The position numbers were made by a program, and so were the translations under genes. From Oscillospiraceae bacterium (GTDB taxonomy: Bacteria > Bacillota > Clostridia > Oscillospirales > Ruminococcaceae): a DNA stretch of 48,288 nt. The stretch lies in NCBI GenBank assembly GCA_017483145.1, contig JAFULT010000020.1, positions 1-48,288 on the forward strand, written 5' to 3'. Within the stretch, counting starts at the first letter, position 1. Every line of letters begins with the position of its first letter. Positions 25,155 to 33,981 of the stretch are shown piece after piece. Below the pieces are notes generated by a model. The model was not told the origin of the DNA. It searched no databases and was given only the letters and a program-made list of their open reading frames with translations.

Positions 25155-25908
25155 ATTTGTTTATTTCTGCTCTGGCCTGTTTCATTCCGTTAATTATGGT
25201 GTTTCTTGCCCTTAGAGCCAGCTCTTTATCCCGCTGTGGCACGCCTTTCAGCGGATATTCAATGCCCAGATCTTCATACTTTTTCACGCCCAGAGTGTGA
25301 TATGGTAGTATTTCCAGCTTTTTGATGTTTGAAACTGTGGCCATAAACCTGCCCAGTCTGTCCCAGTAAACAGGGTCATCTGTTACAGTAGGCACCACAA
25401 CGTGTCTTACCCATACAGGTATATTTTTTCTGTCCAGATATTTTACAAATTCCAGAATATACTTATTACTCTGTTTTGTCAGCCGGATATGCTTTTCCTC
25501 ATCAATGTGTTTAAGGTCCAGCAGAATCAGGTCTGTATACTGCATCAGTTTATCCAGCTTTTCCATATACACAGCATTGTCCGGTCTGTAGGTGATACCG
25601 CTGGTATCAATACAGGTGTGGACGTTTTCTTTTTTAGCCCGGATAAACAGCTCTGTCAGAAAATCTATCTGCAGCAGTGGTTCGCCGCCTGTAACGGTAA
25701 TACCACCGGATGTGTAAAACTCCTTGTTTCTTCTGTAACGGTCCATAATCTGTTCCACAGTCATTTCCATGCATGTGTTTGGCTGCCAGGTGTCCGGATT
25801 GTGGCAGTACCGGCAGCGCATAGGGCAGCCCTGAAAAAATACCACAAATCTTACGCCGGGCCCGTCAACAGAGCCAAAGCTTTCAACGGAGTGTATATAG
25901 CCTGTCAT
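25153..25908 (-). CDS. pflA: Pyruvate formate-lyase activating enzyme (radical SAM)
   Basis: 251 aa. CPMRCRYCHNPDTW is the CxxxCxxC cluster and GGITVTGGEPLLQ is also present. Starts 2 nt after the stop of the glycyl-radical ORF and has no obvious RBS of its own. Confidence 0.9.
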   Translation of the reverse strand: MTGYIHSVESFGSVDGPGVRFVVFFQGCPMRCRYCHNPDTWQPNTCMEMTVEQIMDRYRRNKEFYTSGGITVTGGEPLLQIDFLTELFIRAKKENVHTCIDTSGITYRPDNAVYMEKLDKLMQYTDLILLDLKHIDEEKHIRLTKQSNKYILEFVKYLDRKNIPVWVRHVVVPTVTDDPVYWDRLGRFMATVSNIKKLEILPYHTLGVKKYEDLGIEYPLKGVPQRDKELALRARNTIINGMKQARAEINK

Positions 25909-25910
25909 AA

Positions 25911-26153
25911 TTAAATCTTGTCGTGGAATGTTCTGGAAATAACTTCATCCTGCTGTTCTTTTGTCAGCTTGATAAAGTTTACTGCATAGCCGCTAACGCG
26001 AACTGTCAGCTGTGGATAGTTTTCAGGATGTGCCTGTGCATCCAGCAGAGTTTCCTTTGTGAATACATTTACATTGAGATGATGGCCGCCTTTTGACATA
26101 TAGCCATCCAGCAGGCTTACAAGGTTGTCAATCTGTGATTTAGAAGCAATCAT
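25911..26153 (-). CDS. Stand-alone glycyl-radical domain protein (GrcA-like), equivalent to the C-terminus of PflB
   Basis: 80 aa with its own AGGAGG RBS 8 nt before the [13 protein letters not shown]...[34 protein letters not shown] is colinear with the PflB/GrcA glycyl-radical motif RVSGY. Confidence 0.85.
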   Translation of the reverse strand: MIASKSQIDNLVSLLDGYMSKGGHHLNVNVFTKETLLDAQAHPENYPQLTVRVSGYAVNFIKLTKEQQDEVISRTFHDKI

Positions 26154-26176
26154 TATATTTTCCTCCTGTAGATTAA

Positions 26177-28279
26177 TTATTCAGCATCCAGACCTTCAAA
26201 CAGTGTTGGTGTTGCACAAGCACCTGTAGAGCAGTCCAGTTCGATATCCAGGTCGCCCATAAAGATTCTGTCTTCTTTACCCAGAGCGCCAGGGATGATG
26301 GAGAATGTATTGGAAATACCATCCTGTGCATCGATAAATGGCAGTTTTGCAACAGAAGCCATAGATGCTACAGCACCGTTTGTATCACGGCGGTGCATTG
26401 GGTTTGCACCAGGTGCAAATGCTTCGCCCTGTTTTCTGCCGTCAGGTGTGGAACCTGTAGCCTTGCCGTATACAACGTTGGATGTGATTGTCAGAATGGA
26501 TGTTGTAGGAATACCGTTTCTGTATGTAGGAATCTTTCTGATATGTTCCATAAATCTGTGAACGATATCTTTTGCAATGTCGTCAACTCTGTCGTCGTCA
26601 TTACCGTATTTAGGGAAGTCGCCTTCTACCTGGTAATCCACTGCAAAGCCTGTTTCGTCACGGATAACTTTTACTTTTGCATATTTGATGGCAGACAGGG
26701 AGTCAGCAACTACAGACAGACCTGCAATACCTGTTGCAAACCATCTTGTTACATCTCTGTCGTGAAGAGCCATCTGCACTTTTTCATAGCAGTATTTGTC
26801 GTGCATGTAATGAATGATGTTCAGCGCATTTACATAAACTTCTGCCAGCCATTTCATCATAGCATCATATTTTTCCATTACTTCATCGTAATCCAGGTAA
26901 CCACCTGTGATTGGTCTGTATTTTGGACCAACCTGTTTTCTGGAAACTTCGTCCACACCGCCGTTGATAGCGTACAGCAGACATTTTGCCAGGTTAGCAC
27001 GTGCGCCGAAGAACTGCATTTCTTTGCCAACTCTCATGGAAGATACACAGCATGCGATTGCATAGTCGTCACCGTGAGTTGTTCTCATCAGGTCGTCATT
27101 TTCGTACTGGATGGAAGATGTTTCGATGGACATCTTTGCACAGTAACGTTTGAAGTTTTCAGGCAGCTGTACAGACCACAGAACTGTCAGGTTTGGTTCC
27201 GGTGAAGAGCCCAGGTTGTCCAGTGTGTGCAGGTAACGGTAAGACATTTTTGTTACCATATGTCTGCCGTCAATGCCAACACCGCCGATGGATTCTGTTA
27301 CCCACTGTGGGTCACCGCTGAACAGTGCGTTGTATTCAGGTGTTCTTGCAAATTTAACCATACGCAGCTTCATAATGAAGTGGTCTACAAATTCCTGAAT
27401 CTGTTCTTCTGTATATGTACCTCTTTCAAGGTCACGCTGTGCATAGATGTCAAGGAATGTGCTTGTACGGCCCAGAGACATGGCAGCACCGTTCTGTTCT
27501 TTTACAGCAGCCAGATAGCCGTAGTATGTCCACTGGATAGCTTCCTTAACGTCTTTTGCAGGCTGGGAAATATCGTGGCCATAGCTTGCAGCCATTTTCT
27601 TCAGTTCCTGCAGAGCGCGGATCTGTTCAGACAGTTCTTCACGAAGACGGATGTTTTCTTCGGTCATAACTTTTTCTGTTGTGGCTTTCTGTTCGTTTTT
27701 GTCAGCAACCAGCATATCAATACCATACAAGGCAATTCTGCGGTAGTCGCCGATAATACGGCCACGGCCGTAAGCGTCCGGCAGACCTGTGATAATGTGG
27801 CTGGAGCGGCAGGCTCTCATTTCCGGTGTGTATGCATCAAAAACACCTGCATTGTGTGTTTTTCTGTGAACAGTGAAAAATTCGCTGATTTTTTCGTCTA
27901 CTTTGTAGCCGTTGTCAGCACAGGCTTTTTCTGCCATACGGATACCGCCATAAGGCATAAGAGCACGTTTGAATGGTTTGTCTGTCTGGAAACCTACAAT
28001 AGTTTCCTTTTCTTTATCAAGGTAACCAGGACCGTGGGAAGTAATTGTGGAAATAACTTCTGTATCCATATCCAGCACACCGCCGGCTTCAATTTCCTGT
28101 CTGGACAGGTCTCTTACCTGCAGCCACAGGTCCAGTGTGTTTCTTGTAGGACCGGCCAGGAAAGATTCGTCACCGTCATATGGTGTGTATTTGTGTTTGA
28201 TAAAGCTTCTTACATTGATTGCATTAGCCCAGGTAGCTTTGTGAAAACCTTCCCAGGCTGGGTGATTCATCTGAGGCAT
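26177..28279 (-). CDS. pflB: Pyruvate formate-lyase (formate C-acetyltransferase) large fragment lacking the glycyl-radical domain
   Basis: 700 aa with an AAGGAG RBS. Active-site [25 protein letters not shown] and GANPMHRRD. PflB homology ends at [12 protein letters not shown], followed by a 30-aa tail with no PflB similarity that I can see and a TAA stop. Confidence 0.85.
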   Translation of the reverse strand: MPQMNHPAWEGFHKATWANAINVRSFIKHKYTPYDGDESFLAGPTRNTLDLWLQVRDLSRQEIEAGGVLDMDTEVISTITSHGPGYLDKEKETIVGFQTDKPFKRALMPYGGIRMAEKACADNGYKVDEKISEFFTVHRKTHNAGVFDAYTPEMRACRSSHIITGLPDAYGRGRIIGDYRRIALYGIDMLVADKNEQKATTEKVMTEENIRLREELSEQIRALQELKKMAASYGHDISQPAKDVKEAIQWTYYGYLAAVKEQNGAAMSLGRTSTFLDIYAQRDLERGTYTEEQIQEFVDHFIMKLRMVKFARTPEYNALFSGDPQWVTESIGGVGIDGRHMVTKMSYRYLHTLDNLGSSPEPNLTVLWSVQLPENFKRYCAKMSIETSSIQYENDDLMRTTHGDDYAIACCVSSMRVGKEMQFFGARANLAKCLLYAINGGVDEVSRKQVGPKYRPITGGYLDYDEVMEKYDAMMKWLAEVYVNALNIIHYMHDKYCYEKVQMALHDRDVTRWFATGIAGLSVVADSLSAIKYAKVKVIRDETGFAVDYQVEGDFPKYGNDDDRVDDIAKDIVHRFMEHIRKIPTYRNGIPTTSILTITSNVVYGKATGSTPDGRKQGEAFAPGANPMHRRDTNGAVASMASVAKLPFIDAQDGISNTFSIIPGALGKEDRIFMGDLDIELDCSTGACATPTLFEGLDAE

Positions 28280-28457
28280 AAAAGTGTCTCCTTGTATATT
28301 GAATAATATTGTATATTAAATATTAATATATCTTTACGGTTATATTATACACTACACGCTTGTGTTAGCACAAGCTAACTGTGACTTTGTTACAAATTTC
28401 TCTATTGAGTATAAAAACAGTAATTCAAGCCCAGTTAAAACTGTGTATTAATACAAC

Positions 28458-28494
28458 AGCAAAACAGCTGTAAGCTTTGGCTTACAGCTGTTTA
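28458..28494 (-). terminator. Hairpin terminator between the MFS gene and pflB
   Basis: Perfect 14-bp stem aaacagctgtaagc/gcttacagctgttt with loop tttg. The minus strand has only a short T-run. Confidence 0.55.
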
Positions 28495-28523
28495 TGTAAA
28501 AATCCTGTTAAATTTTTGTTTAA

Positions 28524-29768
28524 TTAATTGTTTTCTTTGTCTTTTGCAGCCATTTTATTCAGCGCAATAAAGATAAAGATTGCCACAAAGTTTACTGCAG
28601 CCCACATTGTCCATGCCATACGGTAACTGCCTGTAGCATCATAGATCATAGATGTGATAGGTGAACCGATAGCAGTGCCGATGCTGGAAAAACTTGCCAC
28701 ATTGCCATAGATGGCGCTGTAGTCTTTTTTGCCGAACATTGTCTGTGTGTTGATAGGGTAGCCAACTGTTGTGTAAGCGATACCCAGACCGCTGATAATG
28801 ATACCTGCATACAGGAATGCAGTGTTTACAGCAGAAGCATAGCATGCTGCAGCTGCCACAAGACAGGAAAGGCTCATTACATTGGTGAACAGACTGCCTT
28901 TTTTGTCGTAAATCTGGCCCAGCAGAACTTTACAGCCTGCAAGAACACCAAGGCTGAGAGCAGACAGGCTTGCAGCTACTGTAGGGTCAAAGCCAAGGTC
29001 AGTTACATAAGGGGATACGTTCTGTACCATTGAACATGCAGCGGCAGAAGAAAGTGTAACCAGTGGCAGGAAAATCCAGAAATACGGTTTCTTTCTGGCT
29101 TCTGCCAGTGTCATACCTTCGCTTGCAACAGGTGCACCGCTTGTATCAGCTTTTACAGCACCGCCCACAGGTTCCAGACCTTTGTCAGATGGCCAGTCAC
29201 GGATGATAAGTGTTGTGCAAGGTACAACCAGAACAAACATCAGCACAGCCAGAATAGCATATGTGCTTCTCCAGCCCACATTTACAATCAGCTTGCCGAT
29301 GATAGGCTGCAGAATCATACCGCCCAGACCGCTGCCGGTGAAAGCCAGACCTGTTGCCAGACCTTTCTTTTCGTTGAACCAGCGTGTGATAAGTGTGCTC
29401 ATAGGCACCATACCGCACAGACCCATACACAGACCAACTACTGCTGAAATAGCATAGAACATATATATATTGGTGGCTTTTGAAAAGAAGAAATAAGCGA
29501 TTGGCAGAATAATGGAAGAAACCATCATTACTTTTTTAACACTGAATTTTGAAAAAATCTTACCTGCGTTCATTGAAATAATCATCATTGCCACAGAAAT
29601 AACTGTTGTGTTCAGTGTGTACTGGCTTCTTGAAATACCAAATTCTTCTGTAACACTGATAAGGAACAGACCAGGGCAGTTCATAACAATGCACAGGAAA
29701 AGTGACATTATCATAAAGCAGGAGAACACAATCAGCCAGCCGTAATGCAGACCTTTTTTCTTTTCCAT
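28524..29768 (-). CDS. MFS transporter (possibly oxalate/formate antiporter-like)
   Basis: 414 aa with an AAGGAG RBS and 12 predicted TM segments. N-terminus HYGWLIVFSCFMIM. The subfamily is suggested only by adjacency to pfl and general resemblance. Confidence 0.7.
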   Translation of the reverse strand: MEKKKGLHYGWLIVFSCFMIMSLFLCIVMNCPGLFLISVTEEFGISRSQYTLNTTVISVAMMIISMNAGKIFSKFSVKKVMMVSSIILPIAYFFFSKATNIYMFYAISAVVGLCMGLCGMVPMSTLITRWFNEKKGLATGLAFTGSGLGGMILQPIIGKLIVNVGWRSTYAILAVLMFVLVVPCTTLIIRDWPSDKGLEPVGGAVKADTSGAPVASEGMTLAEARKKPYFWIFLPLVTLSSAAACSMVQNVSPYVTDLGFDPTVAASLSALSLGVLAGCKVLLGQIYDKKGSLFTNVMSLSCLVAAAACYASAVNTAFLYAGIIISGLGIAYTTVGYPINTQTMFGKKDYSAIYGNVASFSSIGTAIGSPITSMIYDATGSYRMAWTMWAAVNFVAIFIFIALNKMAAKDKENN

Positions 29769-29855
29769 AATAAACTCCTTTTTATAATAAAAAACATAAT
29801 ATTAAAACAACAGGACTAATTCTATCACTATTGAAAAATATTTGCAATATTTTTG

Positions 29856-29884
29856 TTGACATTTTTTAAATTGTGTGCTATTAT
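29856..29884 (+). promoter_or_regulatory. Sigma-A promoter for the tRNA-Trp/Asp/Thr cluster
   Basis: TTGACA (29856-29861), 17-nt spacer ending in a TGC extended -10, TATTAT (29879-29884). Confidence 0.65.
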
Positions 29885-29901
29885 AATTGAGCAACTTACT
29901 T

Positions 29902-29977
29902 AGGGGTATAGCTCAGCAGGTAGAGCAGCGGTCTCCAAAACCGCGTGTCGTGAGTTCGATTCTTACTGCCCCTGCCA
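29902..29977 (+). tRNA. tRNA-Trp (anticodon CCA)
   Basis: aggggta...tgcccct acceptor, anticodon stem gcggt/accgc with loop ctCCAaa, T-loop ttcgatt, g-cca. 76 nt. Confidence 0.9.
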
Positions 29978-30001
29978 ACAGTTCATACAGAACTGTTACC
30001 T

Positions 30002-30078
30002 GGCCCGGTAGTTCAGCTGGTTATAACGCTAGCCTGTCACGCTAGAGGTCGTGGGTTCGAGCCCCATTCGGGTCGCCA
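30002..30078 (+). tRNA. tRNA-Asp (anticodon GUC)
   Basis: Anticodon stem ctagc/gctag with loop ctGTCac, T-arm gtggg-ttcgagc-cccat, g-cca. 77 nt. Confidence 0.9.
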
Positions 30079-30085
30079 GTAAAAC

Positions 30086-30113
30086 AAAAAGCAACCGTAA
30101 TGGTTGCTTTTTG
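30086..30113 (+). terminator. Hairpin plus T-run between tRNA-Asp and tRNA-Thr
   Basis: gcaacc-gtaat-ggttgc followed by TTTTT. Confidence 0.55.
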
Positions 30114-30120
30114 TGTATTA

Positions 30121-30196
30121 GCTGATATAGCTCAGTAGGCAGAGCACTTCCTTGGTAAGGAAGAGGTCGGCAGTTCGAATCTGCTTATCAGCTCCA
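30121..30196 (+). tRNA. tRNA-Thr (anticodon GGU)
   Basis: gctgata...tatcagc acceptor, anticodon stem cttcc/ggaag with loop ttGGTaa, T-loop ttcgaat, t-cca. 76 nt. Confidence 0.9.
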
Positions 30197-30231
30197 AAAA
30201 AGCCGCAGTCATCAGACTGCGGCTTTTTTTG
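30197..30231. terminator. Bidirectional rho-independent terminator
   Basis: 10-bp perfect stem agccgcagtc/gactgcggct flanked by AAAAAA and TTTTTTT. Serves the tRNA cluster (+) and the HTH gene (-). Confidence 0.8.
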
Positions 30232-30234
30232 TGT

Positions 30235-30468
30235 TTATCTTATTTCTATGTCATCTTCTTTTGCTTCCCTGCGAAATTCCAGTATATCTCCCGGCTGGCA
30301 GTCCAGCACATCGCAGATGGCATCAAGTGTGGAAAAACGTATAGCACTTACTTTGCCGGTTTTCAGTTTTGACAGGTTTACATTTGCCACACCCACTTTT
30401 TCGCTCAGTTCTTTAAGGGAAATTTTTCGATCGGCCATAACCCTGTCCAGTCTTAAAATGATAGCCAT
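30235..30468 (-). CDS. Small XRE/Cro-type HTH transcriptional regulator (YozG-like)
   Basis: 77 aa with a GGTGGA RBS. Contains LRLDRVMADRKISLKELSEKVGVANVNLSKLKTGKVSAIRFSTLDAICDVLDCQPGDIL. Confidence 0.8.
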   Translation of the reverse strand: MAIILRLDRVMADRKISLKELSEKVGVANVNLSKLKTGKVSAIRFSTLDAICDVLDCQPGDILEFRREAKEDDIEIR

Positions 30469-30480
30469 ATTTCCACCGCC

Positions 30481-31164
30481 TTACAATGTTTCGTCAGATT
30501 CCTGCTGCAGCATTGTGCCATAGCGGAAAATTTCCCCAAGCATCAGCACAACCACCACCAGCAGCACCACAGTCAGGTCAATGCCTATCACGATGTCCAG
30601 CACACCTGTGGTCACCCATTCTGTTACTGCTTCCATTATCCAGCCCACAACCATTACAGGCACAAAGGATATTGCCAGTTTTCTGAAAGAATCTGCAATT
30701 TCTGATGTGAATGGTGTTTCGCAGTCACGGAAAAGCATAAACAGGGCAGCCACTTTTTTGGTTACTGCCACCAGCAGCAGGCACATACCTGCAGCTACAA
30801 GAGTGACCCACATCATATTCTTTAAAGAATAGGTATATGGTGTGGACTGTGCAAAAGCAGTCTGTCTGCCCAGAGTGCCTGTGATATCAAATTTGTCATA
30901 TTTAATACCGTCCAGTTCAAAACTACCGTCAGCTTCCGGGTCAATGGCTACAAGACGTGGCATAATGCTGTGTGTCATATCCATTTCAATAGTTGCAGTA
31001 TGGCTGGTTGTAACCATAACGCCATCCCGTGGCACCAGCGCCAGCAACACACTGCCCACAATACAGCACACCATTGCAATGGTCACAATTACCTGGCATA
31101 TCTTTGCCACGGAATATCCTATTTTGCCCATACTGTTTATTTTTGCAATATAGTTTTCTTTCAT
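30481..31164 (-). CDS. Membrane protein (DUF2975-like), co-transcribed with the YozG-like regulator
   Basis: Start placed at ATG 31164 (AAGGTGAG RBS; the ORF track starts at GTG 31173). About 4 TM segments. The call rests on the usual gene-pair arrangement with a small HTH. Confidence 0.55.
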   Translation of the reverse strand: MKENYIAKINSMGKIGYSVAKICQVIVTIAMVCCIVGSVLLALVPRDGVMVTTSHTATIEMDMTHSIMPRLVAIDPEADGSFELDGIKYDKFDITGTLGRQTAFAQSTPYTYSLKNMMWVTLVAAGMCLLLVAVTKKVAALFMLFRDCETPFTSEIADSFRKLAISFVPVMVVGWIMEAVTEWVTTGVLDIVIGIDLTVVLLVVVVLMLGEIFRYGTMLQQESDETL

Positions 31165-31185
31165 ATATCTCACCTTTTCATTAAT

Positions 31186-31208
31186 AAATTTACGTTTATC
31201 GTTAATTT
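31186..31208. repeat. Copy a of a ~22-nt AT-rich motif (AAATTACGTTTATCRTTAATTT)
   Basis: aaatttacgtttatcgttaattt, upstream of the DUF2975-like gene. Related copies lie at 31243-31265 and 32377-32399. Confidence 0.6.
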
Positions 31209-31242
31209 ATATATAACATAAATAAATCGGTATGTCAATAGA

Positions 31243-31265
31243 AAAATTACGTTTATCATTAATTT
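31243..31265. repeat. Copy b of the ~22-nt motif
   Basis: aaaattacgtttatcattaattt. About 20 of 23 positions match copy a. Confidence 0.6.
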
Positions 31266-31386
31266 TTTTAATTTTTACATAAAATCTGTTGCTGCGACCA
31301 TTGTAGACGGTGAAGAATTCTGTCACTGAAAAAGCAACAGGGCACAAAAAACAGGGTGGAGATTATCCACCCTGCACAGATTTTTA

Positions 31387-32358
31387 TTATTTCATACTTT
31401 CTCTGATAACTCTCAGAACGTTGCCGTGAGCAATCTTTTCGATTTCGCTTTCGTGGAAGCCTTCTTTTGCCAGGGCATCCCACAGCAGCGGCAGCATGGA
31501 AGAATCACTGATTTCCTGTGTACCACCAATACCGTCAAAGTCTGTGCCCAGACCCAGTACATCGATACCGCCCACATTTACAATGTGTTTTGCATTTTTA
31601 ACTATGTTGCTGATTGGTGTGTGTTTTGCTGTGATGTCTGCATCCATAAATTCAGGACAGAAGTTCAGACCTGTTACACCGCCTTTTTCACCCAGCAGAC
31701 GGATCATATCGTCTGTCAGGTTTCTCTGGTGTGGAGAAACTGCCCTTGCGTTGGAATGTGTAGCAACAAATGGTTTTTTGGAATATTTAGCCACGTCATA
31801 GAAGCCGCCGTCAGACAGATGGGAAACGTCAATGATGATACCCAGGTCGTTCATATACTGGATGGCATCAATACCAAACTGTTTCAGACCTTTGTTCATA
31901 ATTTCCTTGTCAAGGCTGTTTGGCCAGCCAAAGCAGTTTTCAAAGTTCCATGTAAGAGAAATTGCTCTTACGCCTTTGTCATAAACCATTTTGATTTTGT
32001 CCATGTCGCCATTGATAAAGCGGCCGTCTTCAATTGTAAGTATAGCGCTCATTTTGCCATCTTTTGCATTTTTTTCAATGTCAGCGGCATTGCCTGCATA
32101 TGCAATGATGTCGTTGTGTTTTTCCACATCTCTGTAAAAACCTTCTGTCAGCAGTCTGAAATACAGGTCGTCGTTCATATCAATGCCCTGTGCTGTAAAG
32201 TATTCCATTTTTGGGAAGAATACTGCAAAGAACTGTGCCAGAGCATCGCCTTTTTTCATTTTCTGAAAGTCAACCTGACCATTGTTGGCAAACAGGCTGT
32301 ATTCGCCGCCGCGTGCAAATGGCATCAGAGTATCGCAATGCATGTCGATAAATTTCAT
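31387..32358 (-). CDS. Membrane dipeptidase (M19 family)
   Basis: Start moved to ATG 32358 (GGAGGA RBS). Motifs FIDMHCDTL, DVSHLSDGGF, ATHSNARAV and GLGTDFDG are M19 hallmarks. Confidence 0.85.
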   Translation of the reverse strand: MKFIDMHCDTLMPFARGGEYSLFANNGQVDFQKMKKGDALAQFFAVFFPKMEYFTAQGIDMNDDLYFRLLTEGFYRDVEKHNDIIAYAGNAADIEKNAKDGKMSAILTIEDGRFINGDMDKIKMVYDKGVRAISLTWNFENCFGWPNSLDKEIMNKGLKQFGIDAIQYMNDLGIIIDVSHLSDGGFYDVAKYSKKPFVATHSNARAVSPHQRNLTDDMIRLLGEKGGVTGLNFCPEFMDADITAKHTPISNIVKNAKHIVNVGGIDVLGLGTDFDGIGGTQEISDSSMLPLLWDALAKEGFHESEIEKIAHGNVLRVIRESMK

Positions 32359-32376
32359 ATGTATGTCCTCCATAAT

Positions 32377-32399
32377 AAAATTACGTTTTGAATTAATTT
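32377..32399. repeat. Copy c of the ~22-nt motif, in the dipeptidase 5' region
   Basis: aaaattacgttttgaattaattt, 19 nt upstream of the ATG on the coding strand and just downstream of a TATAAT. Confidence 0.55.
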
Positions 32400-32485
32400 A
32401 TATTATAGCTTAAAACAAAAAATTAATCTATAGTTATGGTAATATTTTAACAAAATAAAGGCGCTGTGTTTCCACAGCGCTTTTT

Positions 32486-33847
32486 CTATCCGGTTTCTTT
32501 GCCGTAATAGCCTTTTGTAATTTCATAAATCAGACCCGGTATTGCCCACAATACAATATTGCTGCCGGAATTGATGTTGATAAGCAGGCGGTAAATCTTT
32601 GAAAACCATTGCGGCGGGCGCAATACCCAGCCTGTAATGTCATAGCTGCCGGTTGCTGTGATAATGCCCATTCTGTCCAGAACAACCATAGTTTCCCTTA
32701 TTGCTTCCGGCATAAATACTGCCAGATTCACAATAAACAGCGCACCGCATAATGCCAGCAGTATCACTCTCCATTTCAGTCTGTCAGTTTTGATAAACCA
32801 TATATTTTTCTTTAAATAAATACATATTATAACTGTCACTACAGCCACAGTCACAGGTCCTGTGATTCCCAGCCATAGCCATTTTTTAAACAGCAGGGTA
32901 TGGGGATATGTAATCAGCGTCAGCAGATACATACCCAACAGGAAAAATACAGCCCTGCACACTATGGCAGACTCCTGTTTTACAGCATCGGCAGTTTCCT
33001 TTAAAGCAGAAATAATTTTTTTAATATATTTATCGGGATTGTGGACAATATCTTTTATCCCTCTTTTTACATCTTCAATTGCCGGGATATATGGCTGATT
33101 TTCTGTCCGCTTGTATGGCTTTGCAATTTCATATATTGCGCCAAGCAGCACAAAAATCAGATAATACGGCAGTTTGTAAAACTGACTGCCGGACAGTACA
33201 ATACTGCTTATAAAATCATATATTGCCTGTATCCACACAGGAAATGTCAGCGCCCAGTCCATACTGCTGTAGGAATCTGCACCTATGAATGGCCCGATTC
33301 TGAAATGGAACATCAGAGATAATATATCATAGCGGAAAGAGTCCAGGCAACAGGCAAAGCACAGTACAAAAACCGCAATCATCCGGTATTTATACAGTCC
33401 TCTGTATTTTATGCCGTTGCTTTTTCTTACCACACCTGTCAGCTTCAGCAGCTGAATTATAAATATACCTGCAAGAAAACACCCCAGCGGTCTGAGTACA
33501 TAGTAAAACAGTATTGCTCCCGACATACTGAACATGCCGGAAAGATATTTATTCTGGATAAATCTTACCACATAATAAACTGCATAGAGCATCACAAAAT
33601 ATTTTGCGGTTTCCAGTATATCCTTCTGCAGCTTTTCGTCCGGTTTTCTTTTGCCGTACACCAGTTCATTTACATCTATATCCAGCTTTTCAGCTATCTG
33701 CAACAATGTTTCAACATCCGGCAGGGCTTTGCCGTTTTCCCAGTTGGAAACAGTCTGCCTTGTGACAAACAGCATATCCGCCATTTCCTGCTGCGTCCAG
33801 TTTCTTTCCTGGCGCAGCTGTTTTATATTTTTTGCAATAATGTGCAT
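32486..33847 (-). CDS. XRE-type HTH domain fused to a polytopic membrane domain
   Basis: 453 aa with an AAGGACGGTGAG RBS. The N-terminal 65 aa (LRQERNWTQQEMADMLFVTRQTVSNWENGKALPDVETLLQIAEKL) form a Cro/C1 HTH, followed by about 10 hydrophobic segments. Confidence 0.7.
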   Translation of the reverse strand: MHIIAKNIKQLRQERNWTQQEMADMLFVTRQTVSNWENGKALPDVETLLQIAEKLDIDVNELVYGKRKPDEKLQKDILETAKYFVMLYAVYYVVRFIQNKYLSGMFSMSGAILFYYVLRPLGCFLAGIFIIQLLKLTGVVRKSNGIKYRGLYKYRMIAVFVLCFACCLDSFRYDILSLMFHFRIGPFIGADSYSSMDWALTFPVWIQAIYDFISSIVLSGSQFYKLPYYLIFVLLGAIYEIAKPYKRTENQPYIPAIEDVKRGIKDIVHNPDKYIKKIISALKETADAVKQESAIVCRAVFFLLGMYLLTLITYPHTLLFKKWLWLGITGPVTVAVVTVIICIYLKKNIWFIKTDRLKWRVILLALCGALFIVNLAVFMPEAIRETMVVLDRMGIITATGSYDITGWVLRPPQWFSKIYRLLININSGSNIVLWAIPGLIYEITKGYYGKETG

Positions 33848-33981
33848 AGACTCACCGTCCTTTGTCTAAATAATACCCCAAAAGCCCCAAATTGTCACGC
33901 AATTGTGATTTGCGCCGGGAAATCATAAATCAGACGGATAAAAAATATATATTAGAAAACATTATTTTACAGGGTTACAGT

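Noticed and set aside
25911-28279. Split pflB as a plain frameshift pseudogene
   Set aside because: The junction contains an in-frame stop, a 23-nt spacer with a consensus AGGAGG and a correctly spaced ATG. Both parts retain intact catalytic motifs. It is kept as a finding, but read-level verification is still needed.
28330-28420. Possible CRP/FNR- or Rex-type box (tgtgactttgttaca) and a hairpin (agcttgtgc-taa-cacaagcgt) upstream of pflB
   Set aside because: Only one half-site (TGTGA) matches. The second half deviates from TCACA/TTCACAA, so the support is insufficient without a motif scan.
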